From Escherichia coli (lineage in GTDB: Bacteria; Pseudomonadota; Gammaproteobacteria; Enterobacterales; Enterobacteriaceae): a DNA stretch of 64,000 nucleotides. The notes beneath the pieces were generated by a model, which worked only from the letters and a program-made list of their open reading frames with translations, was not told the origin of the DNA and did not search any database. Shown here piece after piece: positions 24,273 through 36,153 of the stretch. The position numbers were made by a program, and so were the translations under genes. Position 1 is the first letter of the stretch. The number at the start of each line of letters is the position of its first letter. The DNA is taken from assembly GCF_044647545.1 (NCBI RefSeq), contig NZ_CP172818.1. One strand, given 5' to 3'.

Positions 24273-25643
24273 TTACTCGTTCAGCAACGTCAGCAGAGTT
24301 CGCGTTCGCGCTTCCATCAGCGGCACATCACCGCGTGATTCCACATTCAACCGCACCACCGGTTCGGTGTTGGAGGAGCGCAGATTAAAGCGCCAGTCGG
24401 CAAAGGTCATGCTGATGCCATCGGTACGATCCACCGCCAGCGCCTCGCGGCTAAAGTGCTGTTCCACGCGGTTAATCGCCTCAACAGGTTGTGCCAGTTT
24501 GCTGTTGATCTCACCGCTTGCCGGAAACGCCGCCATCCGGTCGCGCACCAGTTCGCCCAGCGTTTTTCCTTTCAGGCACACCAGTTCGGCGACCAGCAGC
24601 CACGGGATCATGCCGCTGTCGCAGTAAGCGAAATCACGGAAGTAATGGTGGGCGCTCATTTCGCCACCGTAGATGGCGTCTTCCTTGCGCATACGTTCTT
24701 TAATAAAGGCGTGTCCGGTTTTCGACATTACCGGCGTACCGCCTGCGGCAGTCACCACATCAACGGTGTTCCAGGAGAGACGCGGATCGTGGATGATCTT
24801 CGCGCCGGGATTTTTTTCGAGGAACGCTTCTGCCAGCAAACCGACAATGTAGTAACCCTCGATAAACTGCCCTTTTTCGTCAAACAGGAAACAGCGGTCA
24901 AAATCGCCATCAAAGGCAATGCCCATATCCGCGCCGTGTTTAATGACCGCATTGCGAGTGTCGTCGCGACATTCTGGCAGCAGCGGGTTAGGAATACCGT
25001 TGGGGAAATTGCCGTCCGGCGTGTTGTGCACTTTGATCAATTCCACAGGTGCGCCGAGGGCGTTAAAGCGGGCTTCGATGGCGTCCACCACCGGACCCGC
25101 TGCGCCGTTCCCGGAGTTGATCACCAGCTTGAGCGGCGTGAGGTTTTTGACGTTGATATAACCGAACAGGTGATCAACGTAAGCGTCACGCAGATTGATT
25201 TGCTGATAGCGACCGCGTTTGGTTTCATCAACGGGAGGGAAGTCGTTGGCTTCTGCCAGACGCTGGACATCGCGCAGTCCGGTATCACCGCTGATCGGGC
25301 GGGCCCCCTCGCGCACCAGCTTCATGCCGTTGTAATCCATCGGGTTATGGCTGGCGGTAACTTCAATGCCACCATCCACGCCGAGATGGAACGTGGCGAA
25401 ATAGATCTCTTCGGTGCCGGACATGCCAATATCCAGCACATCGACGCCCGCATCCTGTAAACCTTTCGCCAGCGCCAGTTTTAAGGTTTCGCTGGTGAGG
25501 CGGACATCACAGCCTAACACAATGGTTTTCGGTTTGAGAAATTCGCCATAGGCGCGACCAATGCGCCAGGCGATATCTTCATTCAGTTCTTCGCCTAATT
25601 TCCCGCGAATATCATAGGCTTTAAAGCAGGTTAATTTTTTCAT
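24273..25643 (-). CDS. cpsG: Phosphomannomutase CpsG (ManB), 456 aa
   Basis: ORF 24273-25691; start placed at [14 protein letters not shown] to match known length. Confidence 0.9.
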   Translation of the reverse strand: MKKLTCFKAYDIRGKLGEELNEDIAWRIGRAYGEFLKPKTIVLGCDVRLTSETLKLALAKGLQDAGVDVLDIGMSGTEEIYFATFHLGVDGGIEVTASHNPMDYNGMKLVREGARPISGDTGLRDVQRLAEANDFPPVDETKRGRYQQINLRDAYVDHLFGYINVKNLTPLKLVINSGNGAAGPVVDAIEARFNALGAPVELIKVHNTPDGNFPNGIPNPLLPECRDDTRNAVIKHGADMGIAFDGDFDRCFLFDEKGQFIEGYYIVGLLAEAFLEKNPGAKIIHDPRLSWNTVDVVTAAGGTPVMSKTGHAFIKERMRKEDAIYGGEMSAHHYFRDFAYCDSGMIPWLLVAELVCLKGKTLGELVRDRMAAFPASGEINSKLAQPVEAINRVEQHFSREALAVDRTDGISMTFADWRFNLRSSNTEPVVRLNVESRGDVPLMEARTRTLLTLLNE

Positions 25644-25743
25644 GTCGTTACCCTTTTTCAGGCAATAGTTGGCCCTGACCGAAACGGCCAATTTTGTTTT
25701 TTCGTTATTTACCGGAGAATTAATCCGGTTGATTATTCAACGG

Positions 25744-27180
25744 CTACACCCGTCCGTAGCGATCCGCGAAGCGCACCACATCATCCTCTTCGAGATAAGA
25801 GCCGGAGCGCACTTCAATTAAATCGAGCGGAATTTTCCCCGGGTTTTCCAGGCAGTGCGTCGCCCCCAGCGGAATATAAATGGACTCGTTTTCACCAAGC
25901 AGTTTGATATCACCGTCAATAGTGACTTTTGCCGTTCCCGCGACCACTACCCAGTGTTCCGCGCGGTGATGGTGCATCTGTACTGACAAGCCTTCGCCCG
26001 GTTTCACGGTGATGCGTTTCACCTGATAGCGGTCGCCCGCGTCGATAGAGTCATATTTGCCCCACGGACGATACACTTCGCGATGCACCCGATGCTCATG
26101 GCGACCATCAGCTTTGATCTGCTCGACCACTTTTTTCACATCCTGCACCGCATTACGGTCGGCAATCAGCACCGCATCTTTGGTCTGCACTACCACCAAA
26201 TCTTTCACCCCGACGGTGGTGACCAGGCCAGATTCGGCATACACATAGCTGTTTTCAGTTTTGTGATTAATCACATCGCCATGGCAAACGTTGCCCTCGG
26301 CGGTGTGGGCGCTGATCTCCCATAAAGAGGACCAGGAGCCGACATCGCTCCAGCCTGCATCCATCGGCACCACAACGGCATCTGCCGTGCGTTCCATGAC
26401 CGCGTAATCCACCGACTCTTCCGGGCAGGCCAGAAACGCTTCTTCATCCACACGAATAAAATCGAGATCCGGATCGACGGCGCTCATCGCTTTTTCGCAG
26501 GCATCGAGAATATCCGGGCGATATTTTTTCAGTTCTTCGAGATAGCGTCCGGCACGGAACAGGAACATACCGCTGTTCCAGTAATATTCGCCGCTTGCCA
26601 CATAGGCCTGAGCGGTTTCCAGATTCGGTTTTTCGACAAACTGCGCCACTTCAAAGGCCACCGTATCCTGCTCGCCCGCCGACACTTCACCGCGACGAAT
26701 ATAGCCATATCCGGTTTCAGGTAGATCCGGCACAATGCCGAAGGTGACCAGCTTACCCGCTTCGGCATACGGCATGGCATTACGCACGGCGGCACGGAAC
26801 GCGTCTTCGTCGGCAATCACATGATCCGCCGCCAAGACCAGCATTAACGGGTCGCTCTCCGGGCTATGACGTTTTGCCGCCAGCGCCGCCAGCGCAATGG
26901 CAGGTGCAGTGTTACGCCCTGCCGGTTCGAGAATAATGTTCTCGGTGAGTTTATTCAGTTGACGCAGCTGTTCCGCGACAATAAAGCGGTGCTGCTCATT
27001 GCAAATCACCACCGGGCTTTCGCACTCCACGCCGTTCAGGCGGCAGATGGTGGTTTGCAGCATGGTGAGATCGCCTTTCAGGCATAAAAACTGCTTGGGG
27101 TAAAGTACGCGGGAAAGCGGCCATAAGCGGCTACCGGAGCCACCTGCCATCACAACTGGATAGAGTTTCGACTGCGCCAT
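25744..27180 (-). CDS. cpsB: Mannose-1-phosphate guanylyltransferase CpsB (ManC)
   Basis: 478-aa [27 protein letters not shown]...; recognised as CpsB. Confidence 0.9.
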   Translation of the reverse strand: MAQSKLYPVVMAGGSGSRLWPLSRVLYPKQFLCLKGDLTMLQTTICRLNGVECESPVVICNEQHRFIVAEQLRQLNKLTENIILEPAGRNTAPAIALAALAAKRHSPESDPLMLVLAADHVIADEDAFRAAVRNAMPYAEAGKLVTFGIVPDLPETGYGYIRRGEVSAGEQDTVAFEVAQFVEKPNLETAQAYVASGEYYWNSGMFLFRAGRYLEELKKYRPDILDACEKAMSAVDPDLDFIRVDEEAFLACPEESVDYAVMERTADAVVVPMDAGWSDVGSWSSLWEISAHTAEGNVCHGDVINHKTENSYVYAESGLVTTVGVKDLVVVQTKDAVLIADRNAVQDVKKVVEQIKADGRHEHRVHREVYRPWGKYDSIDAGDRYQVKRITVKPGEGLSVQMHHHRAEHWVVVAGTAKVTIDGDIKLLGENESIYIPLGATHCLENPGKIPLDLIEVRSGSYLEEDDVVRFADRYGRV

Positions 27181-27182
27181 AA

Positions 27183-28406
27183 TTATCCCCGAATATCATT
27201 TATAAATTGACGTAACACGTTCTCTTTATCGAGCGTGCGTTCGGCATATTCACGTGCCACCGTGTTGTGTTTGGGCAGCAGGAGCGCCTGACGAATCCCC
27301 GCCACCAGCGCCTCGACCGATTCCGGTTCCACGCAAACCGCAATGCCCGGAAAGGTTTCGCAAAGCTGTCCCAGTTCTGTGTGGGCTTCAGCAGTAATCA
27401 CCGCGTTACCGCCTACCGCCAGAATATTGGTCAGTTTCGACGGCAATACGGCATCTGCCGCGCCGCGTTTTTGCACCACCAGATGGCAATCGCCCATCTT
27501 CAGCAGTGCGGGTAAAGCGTCATATGATTGCAGCGGAAAAAATTGCATGTTGCGCAGTCCACGCTGCTGCGCCATTTTTTCCAGCCGCGCTTTGCCGCCG
27601 CCCTGCCCGACAATGGCAAAAATAAGCGGTTCATCGCGCAGGCGATCGGCAGCTTCAATAACGTTTTCCAGCCCCTGCTTTTCACCAATATTGCCGGAGT
27701 AAAGAATGATTTTTTTGTTATCCGGCAGGGCAAGCTGGTTACGAAGGTCGTCAACATCGGCGTCTGCAACATGTTGAAAACGGGCGATTTCCGACCAGTT
27801 GGGGAAGAAGATGACGTTTTCTGCCGCCACGCCTTTTTCGATGGCTTTATTCATCATCGAACGCGAAATCGTGGAGACGTTATCGACGTTATGCAGTCCG
27901 CTACGTTCGAACGCCGTCGCCAGCTGTGCCACTTTGCCGCCTTTGCCTTTTCCGGCAAGGCCCAGCCCCAGCATGGCGTCCACTTCGTAATCCTGAATAT
28001 GCAGCACCGTGCGCGCACCAGACAGTTTCGCCAGCAGGCGCATTCCCGGCGTGCAAAACAGCGTTGGCACCACGCCGATAATGCGATCCGGCTTCCAGCG
28101 ACGTTGCGCCATCAGCGGAAAGAAACTGCTGGCGGCAAAACTGCCGAGATGCAACAGGCGTTTCAGGGTGCTCGGCTGTTTTGGCACGTACAGCGGGCAG
28201 CGCCACACCGTGGCGGCCCCCTCTTCTCGTTTGTACCGCCAGGCGGAATAGTTCTCGCCCACCTGCCATTGCGGGTAGTAAGGCGGTGCGGTAATAACCC
28301 GCACCTCATGACCTTGTGCCGCCAGCCATTCCACCATCTCGCCGGTGTACTTGCCGATGCCGGTTAACTCCGGCGAGTAGTTAATGCCGTAGACCAGTAT
28401 TTTCAT
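27183..28406 (-). CDS. wcaI: Colanic acid glycosyltransferase WcaI
   Basis: 407-aa ORF; GT4-type glycosyltransferase. Confidence 0.9.
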   Translation of the reverse strand: MKILVYGINYSPELTGIGKYTGEMVEWLAAQGHEVRVITAPPYYPQWQVGENYSAWRYKREEGAATVWRCPLYVPKQPSTLKRLLHLGSFAASSFFPLMAQRRWKPDRIIGVVPTLFCTPGMRLLAKLSGARTVLHIQDYEVDAMLGLGLAGKGKGGKVAQLATAFERSGLHNVDNVSTISRSMMNKAIEKGVAAENVIFFPNWSEIARFQHVADADVDDLRNQLALPDNKKIILYSGNIGEKQGLENVIEAADRLRDEPLIFAIVGQGGGKARLEKMAQQRGLRNMQFFPLQSYDALPALLKMGDCHLVVQKRGAADAVLPSKLTNILAVGGNAVITAEAHTELGQLCETFPGIAVCVEPESVEALVAGIRQALLLPKHNTVAREYAERTLDKENVLRQFINDIRG

Positions 28407-28882
28407 AATCCGGGAACTCCGGCACGCTTCTCAGCGAGAAAATAGGCGCGGCTGTTAGCGTGAACATTGTCACTGGCGAGCAACGCGTCCGGCGTCAGCC
28501 AGCGGTAATCGTCATGCTGCTCATCCGGCAGTAACAGATCTTCTTCAGCGACTCTGAAGCGAAAACCGAGCACCACATAGTGAGTGGTGAAATCCGTGTC
28601 GGAGAAGTTATCGTCATAAAAGTGCTGCCAGACACCGTAAAACTGGCCTACTGTTATCGGCAGACGCAGCCCCAGTTCCTCCATCGTCAGCCGCTCAAAT
28701 GCGGCTTCCAGCGTTTCGTCTTTCTGCACGCGCCCTCCCGGCACAAACCAGTAACCCTGCGCCGGGCGGTTGGTTCTTTTGCCAAGCAGAAACTCGCCGC
28801 GACTGTTCTCGACAATAAAGTCGAGAGAGACAAGCGGAGTAGAGCGCACTACCGTGGCAAAGTCTTCCTGACGTAAAAACAT
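28403..28882 (-). CDS. gmm: GDP-mannose mannosyl hydrolase (Nudix), 159 aa
   Basis: ORF 28403-28885 begins MMFLRQEDF; second Met taken as start; overlaps wcaI start. Confidence 0.85.
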   Translation of the reverse strand: MFLRQEDFATVVRSTPLVSLDFIVENSRGEFLLGKRTNRPAQGYWFVPGGRVQKDETLEAAFERLTMEELGLRLPITVGQFYGVWQHFYDDNFSDTDFTTHYVVLGFRFRVAEEDLLLPDEQHDDYRWLTPDALLASDNVHANSRAYFLAEKRAGVPGL

Positions 28883-28884
28883 CA

Positions 28885-29850
28885 TTACCCCCGAAAGCGG
28901 TCTTGATTCTCAAGGAACCACTGGTAAGTGCTGGCGAGCCCCGCTTCCAGTGAGATTTCGTGATACCAGCCAAGCTGATGCAGGCGTGTCACATCCAGCA
29001 GTTTGCGCGGTGTACCATCCGGTTTACTGGCATCAAAAACCACCCGACCTTTGTAACCCACCACTTTGGCGATGGTTTGCGCCAGCTCGCGGATAGTGCA
29101 GTCAACGCCCGTGCCGACGTTAATGTGCGACAGCATCGGTTGGGTGTTCTCCAGCCAGACTTCGTGCGCCAGCTCCATCACATGAATGCTCGCCGCCGCC
29201 ATATCATCGACGTGCAGAAATTCGCGCATCGGTGTACCGCTGCCCCACACCACCACGTCCGGTGCATTCTGTGCCGTCGCCTCGTGGAAGCGACGCAGCA
29301 ATGCAGGGATCACATGCGAATTACTCGGGTGGAAGTTGTCATGCGGGCCATACAGGTTGGTCGGCATGACCGAGCGATAATCGCGTCCATACTGGCGGTT
29401 GTAAGATTCGCACAGTTTGATCCCGGCGATTTTGGCAATAGCATAAGGCTCGTTAGTCGGCTCCAGCGTACCCTGCAATAACTCGCTTTCTGCCATCGGC
29501 TGTTTTGCCAGTTTCGGGTAGATACAGGACGATCCGAGAAACAGCAGTTTGTTCACGTCGTTCTGATGCGCGGCGTGAATGATGTTGCTCTCAATCATCA
29601 TGTTCTGGTAGATGAAATCTGCCGGATAGGTGTTGTTGGCAACAATGCCGCCCACTTTCGCCGCCGCCAGATAGACCTGGTCAATACGTTCGCTGGCAAA
29701 GAAATCATGCACCGCGCGGCTGTCCAGCAGGTTCAGCTCGTCGCGGGTGCGTAATACCAGTTCCACATCACCGCGCTGTTCGAGCTGCCGCCTGATGGCG
29801 GAACCGACCATCCCGCGATGGCCAGCGATAAAAATGCGTTGTTTACTCAT
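28885..29850 (-). CDS. fcl: GDP-L-fucose synthase
   Basis: 321-aa [24 protein letters not shown]...; recognised as Fcl. Confidence 0.9.
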   Translation of the reverse strand: MSKQRIFIAGHRGMVGSAIRRQLEQRGDVELVLRTRDELNLLDSRAVHDFFASERIDQVYLAAAKVGGIVANNTYPADFIYQNMMIESNIIHAAHQNDVNKLLFLGSSCIYPKLAKQPMAESELLQGTLEPTNEPYAIAKIAGIKLCESYNRQYGRDYRSVMPTNLYGPHDNFHPSNSHVIPALLRRFHEATAQNAPDVVVWGSGTPMREFLHVDDMAAASIHVMELAHEVWLENTQPMLSHINVGTGVDCTIRELAQTIAKVVGYKGRVVFDASKPDGTPRKLLDVTRLHQLGWYHEISLEAGLASTYQWFLENQDRFRG

Positions 29851-29852
29851 GC

Positions 29853-30974
29853 TTATGACTCCAGCGCGATCGCCACGTCGTAGCCGTGAGATTTCAGCAG
29901 AGAGTGTTTTTTCGCCGCTTCAAGGTCATTAGCCACCATTTCAGACACCATCTCTCTGAGGGTGATTTCCGGTTTCCAGCCCAGTTTTTCGTGCGCTTTG
30001 GTCGGGTCGCCGAGCAGCGTTTCAACTTCAGCCGGACGGAAGTAACGCGGATCAACGGCGATAATCACATCACCCGGTTTAACGCCCGGCGCGTCATGCC
30101 CGGTGACGGAAACCACAATGCCCTTCTCTTCAACGCCCGTACCTTCAAAGCGCAGTTTGATGCCCAGTTGTGCTGCCGCCATTTCCACGAACTGACGCAC
30201 GGAGTACTGAACGCCGGTGGCAATAACGAAATCTTCCGGTTGTTCCTGTTGCAGCATCATCCACTGCATTTTTACGTAGTCTTTGGCATGGCCCCAGTCA
30301 CGCAGGGAATCCATATTGCCGAGGTACAGGCACGATTCCAGCCCCTGGGCGATGTTGGCGATTGCGCGGGTGATTTTGCGGGTAACGAAGGTTTCGCCGC
30401 GGCGCGGGGATTCATGGTTGAAGAGAATACCGTTACAGGCGTACATGCCGTAGGATTCGCGGTAGTTAACGGTGATCCAGTAGGCGTACAGTTTGGCGAC
30501 CGCATACGGAGAGCGTGGATAGAACGGCGTGGTTTCTTTCTGCGGAATTTCCTGCACCAGACCATACAGTTCAGAGGTGGAAGCCTGATAGAAACGGGTT
30601 TTCTTTTCCAGACCGAGGAAGCGGATCGCCTCCAGCAGACGCAGCGTACCCATCGCGTCGACGTCAGCGGTATATTCCGGTGACTCAAAAGAAACCGCAA
30701 CGTGGCTCATTGCGCCCAGGTTGTACACTTCATCCGGCTGCACTTCACGCAAAATGCGCGTCAGGTTGGAGGTATCACTCAGGTCGCCATAATGCAGATG
30801 GAATTTCGGGTTGCAGGTGTGCGGATCCTGATAAATGTGATCCACGCGCTCGGTGTTGAATGACGATGCGCGACGCTTAATACCATGCACCTCGTAACCT
30901 TTTTCCAGCAGAAACTCTGCCAGGTAAGAACCGTCTTGTCCGGTTACGCCGGTGATGAGAGCGACTTTTGACAT
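29853..30974 (-). CDS. gmd: GDP-mannose 4,6-dehydratase
   Basis: 373-aa [26 protein letters not shown]...; recognised as Gmd. Confidence 0.95.
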
Positions 30975-31000
30975 GTCTTATTCCTCTGTATTTTTTGAAT

Positions 31001-31549
31001 TTATTCAGTTTCAACGCGTTTGCGTATCACCACTGCGGGGTTCCCCCGGCAAACCACATTTGCCGGAAGCGATTTAAAAACACTGCTTCGCGCACCCACG
31101 ACGGTGCCGTTGCCGATCGTGACGCCAGGGGCAACAAAAACATCTGTCGCCAGCCAGCATTTCTCGCCAATCACAATAGGCGTGGCGTTAATGGTGAAAT
31201 GTTGACTTGCATGGTCGTGGCTCCCGGTGCATAAATAACTTTTTTGCGATATCACCGAATGTGCGCCAATGGTTATTTCACCGAGGGTATATAAATTGAC
31301 CTCATCGCCGACCCACGCGTAATCACCTAAGGTTAATTTCCACGGATAGGTAATTTTTACTGACGGACGAATAACTACGTTTTTTCCTATTTTTGCGCCG
31401 AATAAACGTAATAAAAATGCCCGCCAGCGATACAATACTTGTGGCGACCAGGCAAATATTGTTGCCTGTACCGCCCACCATAATTGCACTTTAATAGCAT
31501 TGCTGCCCCGGAACCCTTTCGGCACCGAGAACCCACTTAAATCCTGCAT
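31001..31549 (-). CDS. wcaF: Colanic acid acetyltransferase WcaF
   Basis: 182-aa ORF with hexapeptide-repeat acetyltransferase character. Confidence 0.85.
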   Translation of the reverse strand: MQDLSGFSVPKGFRGSNAIKVQLWWAVQATIFAWSPQVLYRWRAFLLRLFGAKIGKNVVIRPSVKITYPWKLTLGDYAWVGDEVNLYTLGEITIGAHSVISQKSYLCTGSHDHASQHFTINATPIVIGEKCWLATDVFVAPGVTIGNGTVVGARSSVFKSLPANVVCRGNPAVVIRKRVETE

Positions 31550-31564
31550 CGTTTTCCCTTATAT

Positions 31565-32311
31565 TCAGCTTTTGTTATATAAGGCTTTCGTCTTTGAGGT
31601 AGTACGCTGGCGTAAATGCCAGGATAATTCTGCCCAGAAGCCAGGCACATGTAATATTTGCCGTTGGACTTTTTTGGCATCAGCACACAATTCCATATTA
31701 TTGGTGGTAGATACCCCACCCATGGAAAATTCAGACACCAGGCCATTGAGTTTTTTAAATGCATAACCGGCTTTATACATTTTGGCCGCCAGCGCGTAGT
31801 CGGAAGAAACTTTATATTCCAGGTCATAACGCCATTTCTTCAAGCCGGACACCGGGAAAAATATCGCCTGATGACTGGCGGGCAGGCTGTGGTAAATATA
31901 CCAGCCCGGTTTGGCGCTACGTTTAATTTTATGCCCGTCGCCAAAATCCAGCAGCGCATCGCCGGTGATCATCACGTTATCTTTTTGCACTTTTAACTTA
32001 CGGACAAAATTTGCGGCATCCTGATGAAAAATATCGCCCGAGTTGAGAAACAACGCGAACTTGCCTTGTGCCATCGCAATGCCCTTGTTCATGGCGTCGT
32101 AGATACCGTTATCTGGCTCGCTGACAAAGCGTAGGTTATAGATACCCTTGAGATTTTCCAGATACTCACGGGTACCGTCGTTGGAACCGCCATCGACAAC
32201 AATCCATTCGAAGCTGATATCGTCCACCTGCGCTAGATGCGCCAGCGAGGCATGTGTTTTGACTATCCCTTCGAGGTTACGAAACGCGACAGTGATTATG
32301 CTAAGCAACAT
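31565..32311 (-). CDS. wcaE: Colanic acid glycosyltransferase WcaE
   Basis: 248-aa ORF; GT2-like ([10 protein letters not shown] motif). Confidence 0.85.
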   Translation of the reverse strand: MLLSIITVAFRNLEGIVKTHASLAHLAQVDDISFEWIVVDGGSNDGTREYLENLKGIYNLRFVSEPDNGIYDAMNKGIAMAQGKFALFLNSGDIFHQDAANFVRKLKVQKDNVMITGDALLDFGDGHKIKRSAKPGWYIYHSLPASHQAIFFPVSGLKKWRYDLEYKVSSDYALAAKMYKAGYAFKKLNGLVSEFSMGGVSTTNNMELCADAKKVQRQILHVPGFWAELSWHLRQRTTSKTKALYNKS

Positions 32312-32321
32312 GTTCTTATTC

Positions 32322-33539
32322 TTACCTCGTAATATTTAACGCTTTTCGCAAAATAAACGGACAGACGATTAAAAATGCATATTCCGGGCTAAATATCGAA
32401 CCGGTAAAAAACAGCGATACCGGAGTAAAAAGATATAATTGCACGCGAAAATTGCGGTTATCACCAAAAGCGTTGATCATCATTTTTATCACTTTCCCCA
32501 TGTACCACAGTGATAAAAACACTGCGAACCAGGAAAAATAAATAATCAGCAGATACAAACCATTGTCTATGGTTTTTCCGATATCCGCACCGTTAAATAT
32601 TCCGAATGATGCGACATATTCATAAAGTGAGCCAAATCTGACTACACCGTCAATATGGGTCAAAGAATAACCGACCATCACCAGCGGACCGACAATACGA
32701 TAATACGATGACGATCCTTCCGTGCCTAAATCCCCCAGACGGGTGGAAATATAAGGAAACGCGATTACCACACCAACCAGGAATACAGCCAGAGAAATCA
32801 ATGCTAACGGTAACTTTTTCTTAATCGCCTCTTTATTCAGATATTGAAATGCCCACTCCAGCAAATAAAAAAGGATAAAGGTCATAACCCCTGAAAACGA
32901 TCCGGATAATATTATCCCTGCGAGAATCATAGCATCGGTTTTAGGCGTTTTGATACCAAACTGTTTGATGCTGAGCCAAATTGAGATTAATGCCAGAGCG
33001 AAAAATGCCGGTTCGAAATAAAGTGCTGTCGTGCGCTTGCCGCCGAATTTGATGAAATTCAGCACATAGCTGTTGCTGTAAATCAGATATTTCGAAATCG
33101 ACTCCATAATACTGCTGCCACCGGTGAGGATAATTTGCGCCATCTCCACTGCCGCCAGCGCCACCACCAGCCCGACCACCAGATAAAAGAAACGTAATAT
33201 CTTGCGATGGTTGTGTGGCGAAATCGTTTTAAAGCGAATACTCCACACCATGCCAATAATGATCACAATATAGACAAACAGCATGGTTGAAGTGACGTAT
33301 TTACTGGCATCCAACGACTGACCAAACAGGTAGTTAAACGCCGTGAGTCCCGCGCCAATCCCTAAGGCAATCATCAATTTTTTAACGCTGATGCGTTCTA
33401 AAAACAGCAGTAACAAGACAGGTAAAAAAGTGACGATGGTGATGGGGAAACTTTCGCCAAGCTGGGCGATTTTGACGTTAACCAACAGGTAAATCAGCGG
33501 CAGCAGCAGGTAGCTACAGATTCTGATAGAAGTTGACAT
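32322..33539 (-). CDS. wcaD: Colanic acid polymerase WcaD, 405 aa
   Basis: ORF 32322-33611; start placed at [14 protein letters not shown] to match known length; multi-TM. Confidence 0.85.
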   Translation of the reverse strand: MSTSIRICSYLLLPLIYLLVNVKIAQLGESFPITIVTFLPVLLLLFLERISVKKLMIALGIGAGLTAFNYLFGQSLDASKYVTSTMLFVYIVIIIGMVWSIRFKTISPHNHRKILRFFYLVVGLVVALAAVEMAQIILTGGSSIMESISKYLIYSNSYVLNFIKFGGKRTTALYFEPAFFALALISIWLSIKQFGIKTPKTDAMILAGIILSGSFSGVMTFILFYLLEWAFQYLNKEAIKKKLPLALISLAVFLVGVVIAFPYISTRLGDLGTEGSSSYYRIVGPLVMVGYSLTHIDGVVRFGSLYEYVASFGIFNGADIGKTIDNGLYLLIIYFSWFAVFLSLWYMGKVIKMMINAFGDNRNFRVQLYLFTPVSLFFTGSIFSPEYAFLIVCPFILRKALNITR

Positions 33540-34731
33540 ACTCCTCCAGCATCTGTTGTCCACTGTAGGCGGCGCGGCTGCGCTGGCTGAACTCAGCCAG
33601 CGTGGTACCAAATATCGCCTGCGCGATTTCCGGTTTGCTTAACTGCACCAGTTGCAGCACGTCTTCTTCGCTGACGGTTTTACCACCGGATTTTTGCAAC
33701 ACTTCCCGCGCCGCGTCGCTATGGGTGGCAATCACCGGCACACCAATCGATAGCGCCTCACACAAAATCAGTGGGTAGTTATCGACGCGAGAACTAAATA
33801 CCAGCGCATCCATCTGATTGAGCGCGCTCATCAACTTGCGCTTGTCAGTTTCAAAGCCGTGATTAACCACGTTGCCAGCGGTGAACGGCGAGAACTTACC
33901 AAAGGTATGCAGTTCAATTTTGTCGCCCAGCGCCATCATCTCACGCACCAGTTGCTGGTTAGTCTTGCCGTCGTAACGCAGGTCATGCGCTACCACCGCG
34001 ATTTTCGGCTTGCCCTGAGTTTCGCGCACCGGAGGCAAGTCCACCAGAATCGCTTCGGTTGCCATATCAATGCCATTATTGATAATCCGGCAACGCCCTG
34101 GCCCGTACAGACTATTGAAAGCATCAGCCACATGCTGGCTGGGGGAAATAAACTGACAGCCCAGTGCCAGCATCTCACGGAATAACTGGCGTTTGCCCGC
34201 TACCAGCTGGTGTGCGCGATCAATCTTCACCGGCGGATAGTTATTTAAGGTCGGGCATTTCTGGCAGCCCGTTTTCCAGCCTTCGCAACCGTCGGTAAAA
34301 GCGCAGCGTCCGGTAACGCTCCAGTGGTCGTGCAGCGTCCAGACCAGAGTGACATCCGATTTGTGGTTTTTCACTTTTTCGCAAAAGCGCACCACGCTCT
34401 TAAGATTCAACCAGTAGCTGTGCAGCACATGAAAATGCAGGACCACCGGTCCCGGTGTGCGAGTAATGGTGCGATATAACTCATTGAAATTGCCGAACAG
34501 ATCGCGATTAAACAGACGAAACAGGGCAATGTTCGCCATCGCGGTCATCCGCGGCGTATGTTTGATGACCTGCGGATAGTTCTGATGGCTGACGCTCTCT
34601 TTGCCGCCTTTGCCGTAGCCGTAGACAAAATGTGACGCCAGCCCCTGTTGCAGCGCGCGCTGGTGGAGATCTAACGCCACACCTGCTGCCCCGCCTTCCG
34701 CCAGTCGCACATTGAATTGCAGAATATTCAT
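33514..34731 (-). CDS. wcaC: Colanic acid glycosyltransferase WcaC
   Basis: 405-aa ORF; 3' end overlaps the wcaD start by 26 nt. Confidence 0.85.
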   Translation of the reverse strand: MNILQFNVRLAEGGAAGVALDLHQRALQQGLASHFVYGYGKGGKESVSHQNYPQVIKHTPRMTAMANIALFRLFNRDLFGNFNELYRTITRTPGPVVLHFHVLHSYWLNLKSVVRFCEKVKNHKSDVTLVWTLHDHWSVTGRCAFTDGCEGWKTGCQKCPTLNNYPPVKIDRAHQLVAGKRQLFREMLALGCQFISPSQHVADAFNSLYGPGRCRIINNGIDMATEAILVDLPPVRETQGKPKIAVVAHDLRYDGKTNQQLVREMMALGDKIELHTFGKFSPFTAGNVVNHGFETDKRKLMSALNQMDALVFSSRVDNYPLILCEALSIGVPVIATHSDAAREVLQKSGGKTVSEEDVLQLVQLSKPEIAQAIFGTTLAEFSQRSRAAYSGQQMLEEYVNFYQNL

Positions 34732-35216
34732 TTAATTACCTTCACTCGCGCTTTTTCTCCCACCACCAGCGCGTTGTCCGGGACAGAGTCGAGCACCACG
34801 CTGCCCGCGCCCACGGTGACGTTGTTACCAAGCGTGATATCACCAAGAATAATGACGTTGGCACCGAGTTCGACGCCGTTGCCAATGTGTGGACATGCCA
34901 TGTTATCGGCACCACGATTGCCGATAGTGACGCCGTGGCGAATGGTGAAATCATCCCCCGCGACCACGTTTTTATTGATTACTACGGCGTAACCGTGATG
35001 GATAGTAAAGCGGCGGCCAATGGTCGCGGCAGCCTGGATTTCATAACCGAAAAAGCATTCGGTGATAATGCGATACAGCACCAGCAGCGGGGCCGCCCAC
35101 AGATTGTTGAGGACGTTCTTTTTGCGCCACACCGAACAAAAATGAGCGGCGCGATAGGCAAGAACCATGCAGCACGGGCGTAAACTCCAGCTGTTGGCGC
35201 GCAGATCTTCCAGCAT
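34728..35216 (-). CDS. wcaB: Colanic acid acetyltransferase WcaB
   Basis: 162-aa ORF; serine acetyltransferase-like hexapeptide repeats. Confidence 0.85.
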   Translation of the reverse strand: MLEDLRANSWSLRPCCMVLAYRAAHFCSVWRKKNVLNNLWAAPLLVLYRIITECFFGYEIQAAATIGRRFTIHHGYAVVINKNVVAGDDFTIRHGVTIGNRGADNMACPHIGNGVELGANVIILGDITLGNNVTVGAGSVVLDSVPDNALVVGEKARVKVIK

Positions 35217-35218
35217 CT

Positions 35219-36058
35219 TTAGCGCCCCCGAATACCATCAGCCAGACGTTTGCCGTTACGCACCGACAGCAGCGTCAGCAAAGTGCGCCAGGTCATGCGT
35301 TTATTGCGGATCTGGTAGAGGGTAAACAGCTGATATTTTTTGCTGGCGCGGTCGAATTTGTCTTTGTGCTTACGGTAAAAGTGGAAGTATCCGGAGAATT
35401 TTTTCGGTGACGAGGTGATCTGCATTTCGCCGTGATTGATATGCAGGATCTGCGTCGCCTCTTCCACTTTCCACGGTTCGCCATACTCCACCACCATCCG
35501 CAGGAAGATGTCGTAATCCTGTGCCGCTTTCAGTTCGGTATCAAACAAACACTCTTTGAAACGCCACGCCCAGGTAAAGACCTGATTGCCAATGATATTG
35601 CGTTTGTAGAACAGGCGGCGTGAATACGGCGATTTGGGATACAGCGGTAGGCTTGCCGGTTGGGAATAGACTTCGCCCTGGCAAACGTAGTCGTTAGCGT
35701 ACAAAAAGGCGTGAGTGACCAGTTGCTGTTTATGGGCGAGGAAGACGCTCAGGCGGTTGGGTGTCCATTCATCATCATCATCGATCCCGGTGATGTATTC
35801 CCCTTGCGCCAGCATAATCGCCTGGTTACGTACCGCGCACGCCCCGCTGTTAATGTCGTTGTGAATGTAAGTGATACGCGGATCGTTGAGGGCGGTGACG
35901 TACTGTTGTAGTTGTTCCCAGGAGGTGGAGCAATCATCCACGATGATCATCTCCCAGTTACTGTAGTCCTGGCGCAGGACCGATTTTATCGCCCGAATAG
36001 CCAGTTGTTGGCGGTTCCAGGTCGGCATATAGATTGAAATCAGCGGATTGTCTTTCAT
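35219..36058 (-). CDS. wcaA: Colanic acid glycosyltransferase WcaA
   Basis: 279-aa ORF; GT2 family (IIVDDCSTS motif). Confidence 0.85.
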   Translation of the reverse strand: MKDNPLISIYMPTWNRQQLAIRAIKSVLRQDYSNWEMIIVDDCSTSWEQLQQYVTALNDPRITYIHNDINSGACAVRNQAIMLAQGEYITGIDDDDEWTPNRLSVFLAHKQQLVTHAFLYANDYVCQGEVYSQPASLPLYPKSPYSRRLFYKRNIIGNQVFTWAWRFKECLFDTELKAAQDYDIFLRMVVEYGEPWKVEEATQILHINHGEMQITSSPKKFSGYFHFYRKHKDKFDRASKKYQLFTLYQIRNKRMTWRTLLTLLSVRNGKRLADGIRGR

Positions 36059-36092
36059 AGGTTGTTCTCCCGGCTTATGAGCTGGTTTGCTT

Positions 36093-36129
36093 GCCGGATG
36101 CGGCGTGAACGCCTTATTATCCGGCCTAC
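36093..36129. repeat. REP (repetitive extragenic palindromic) element between wzc and wcaA
   Basis: gccggatgcggcgtgaacgccttattatccggcctac matches the REP consensus; a second partial palindrome lies at 36136-36168. Confidence 0.7.
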
Positions 36130-36153
36130 GGGGCGGTGCGAATGCAGGCGTCG

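Noticed and set aside
24456-25460. 334-aa plus-strand ORF
   Set aside because: Antisense to cpsG, which is confidently identified; shadow ORF
27528-28367. 279-aa plus-strand ORF
   Set aside because: Antisense to wcaI; shadow ORF
29886-30683. 265-aa plus-strand ORF
   Set aside because: Antisense to gmd; shadow ORF
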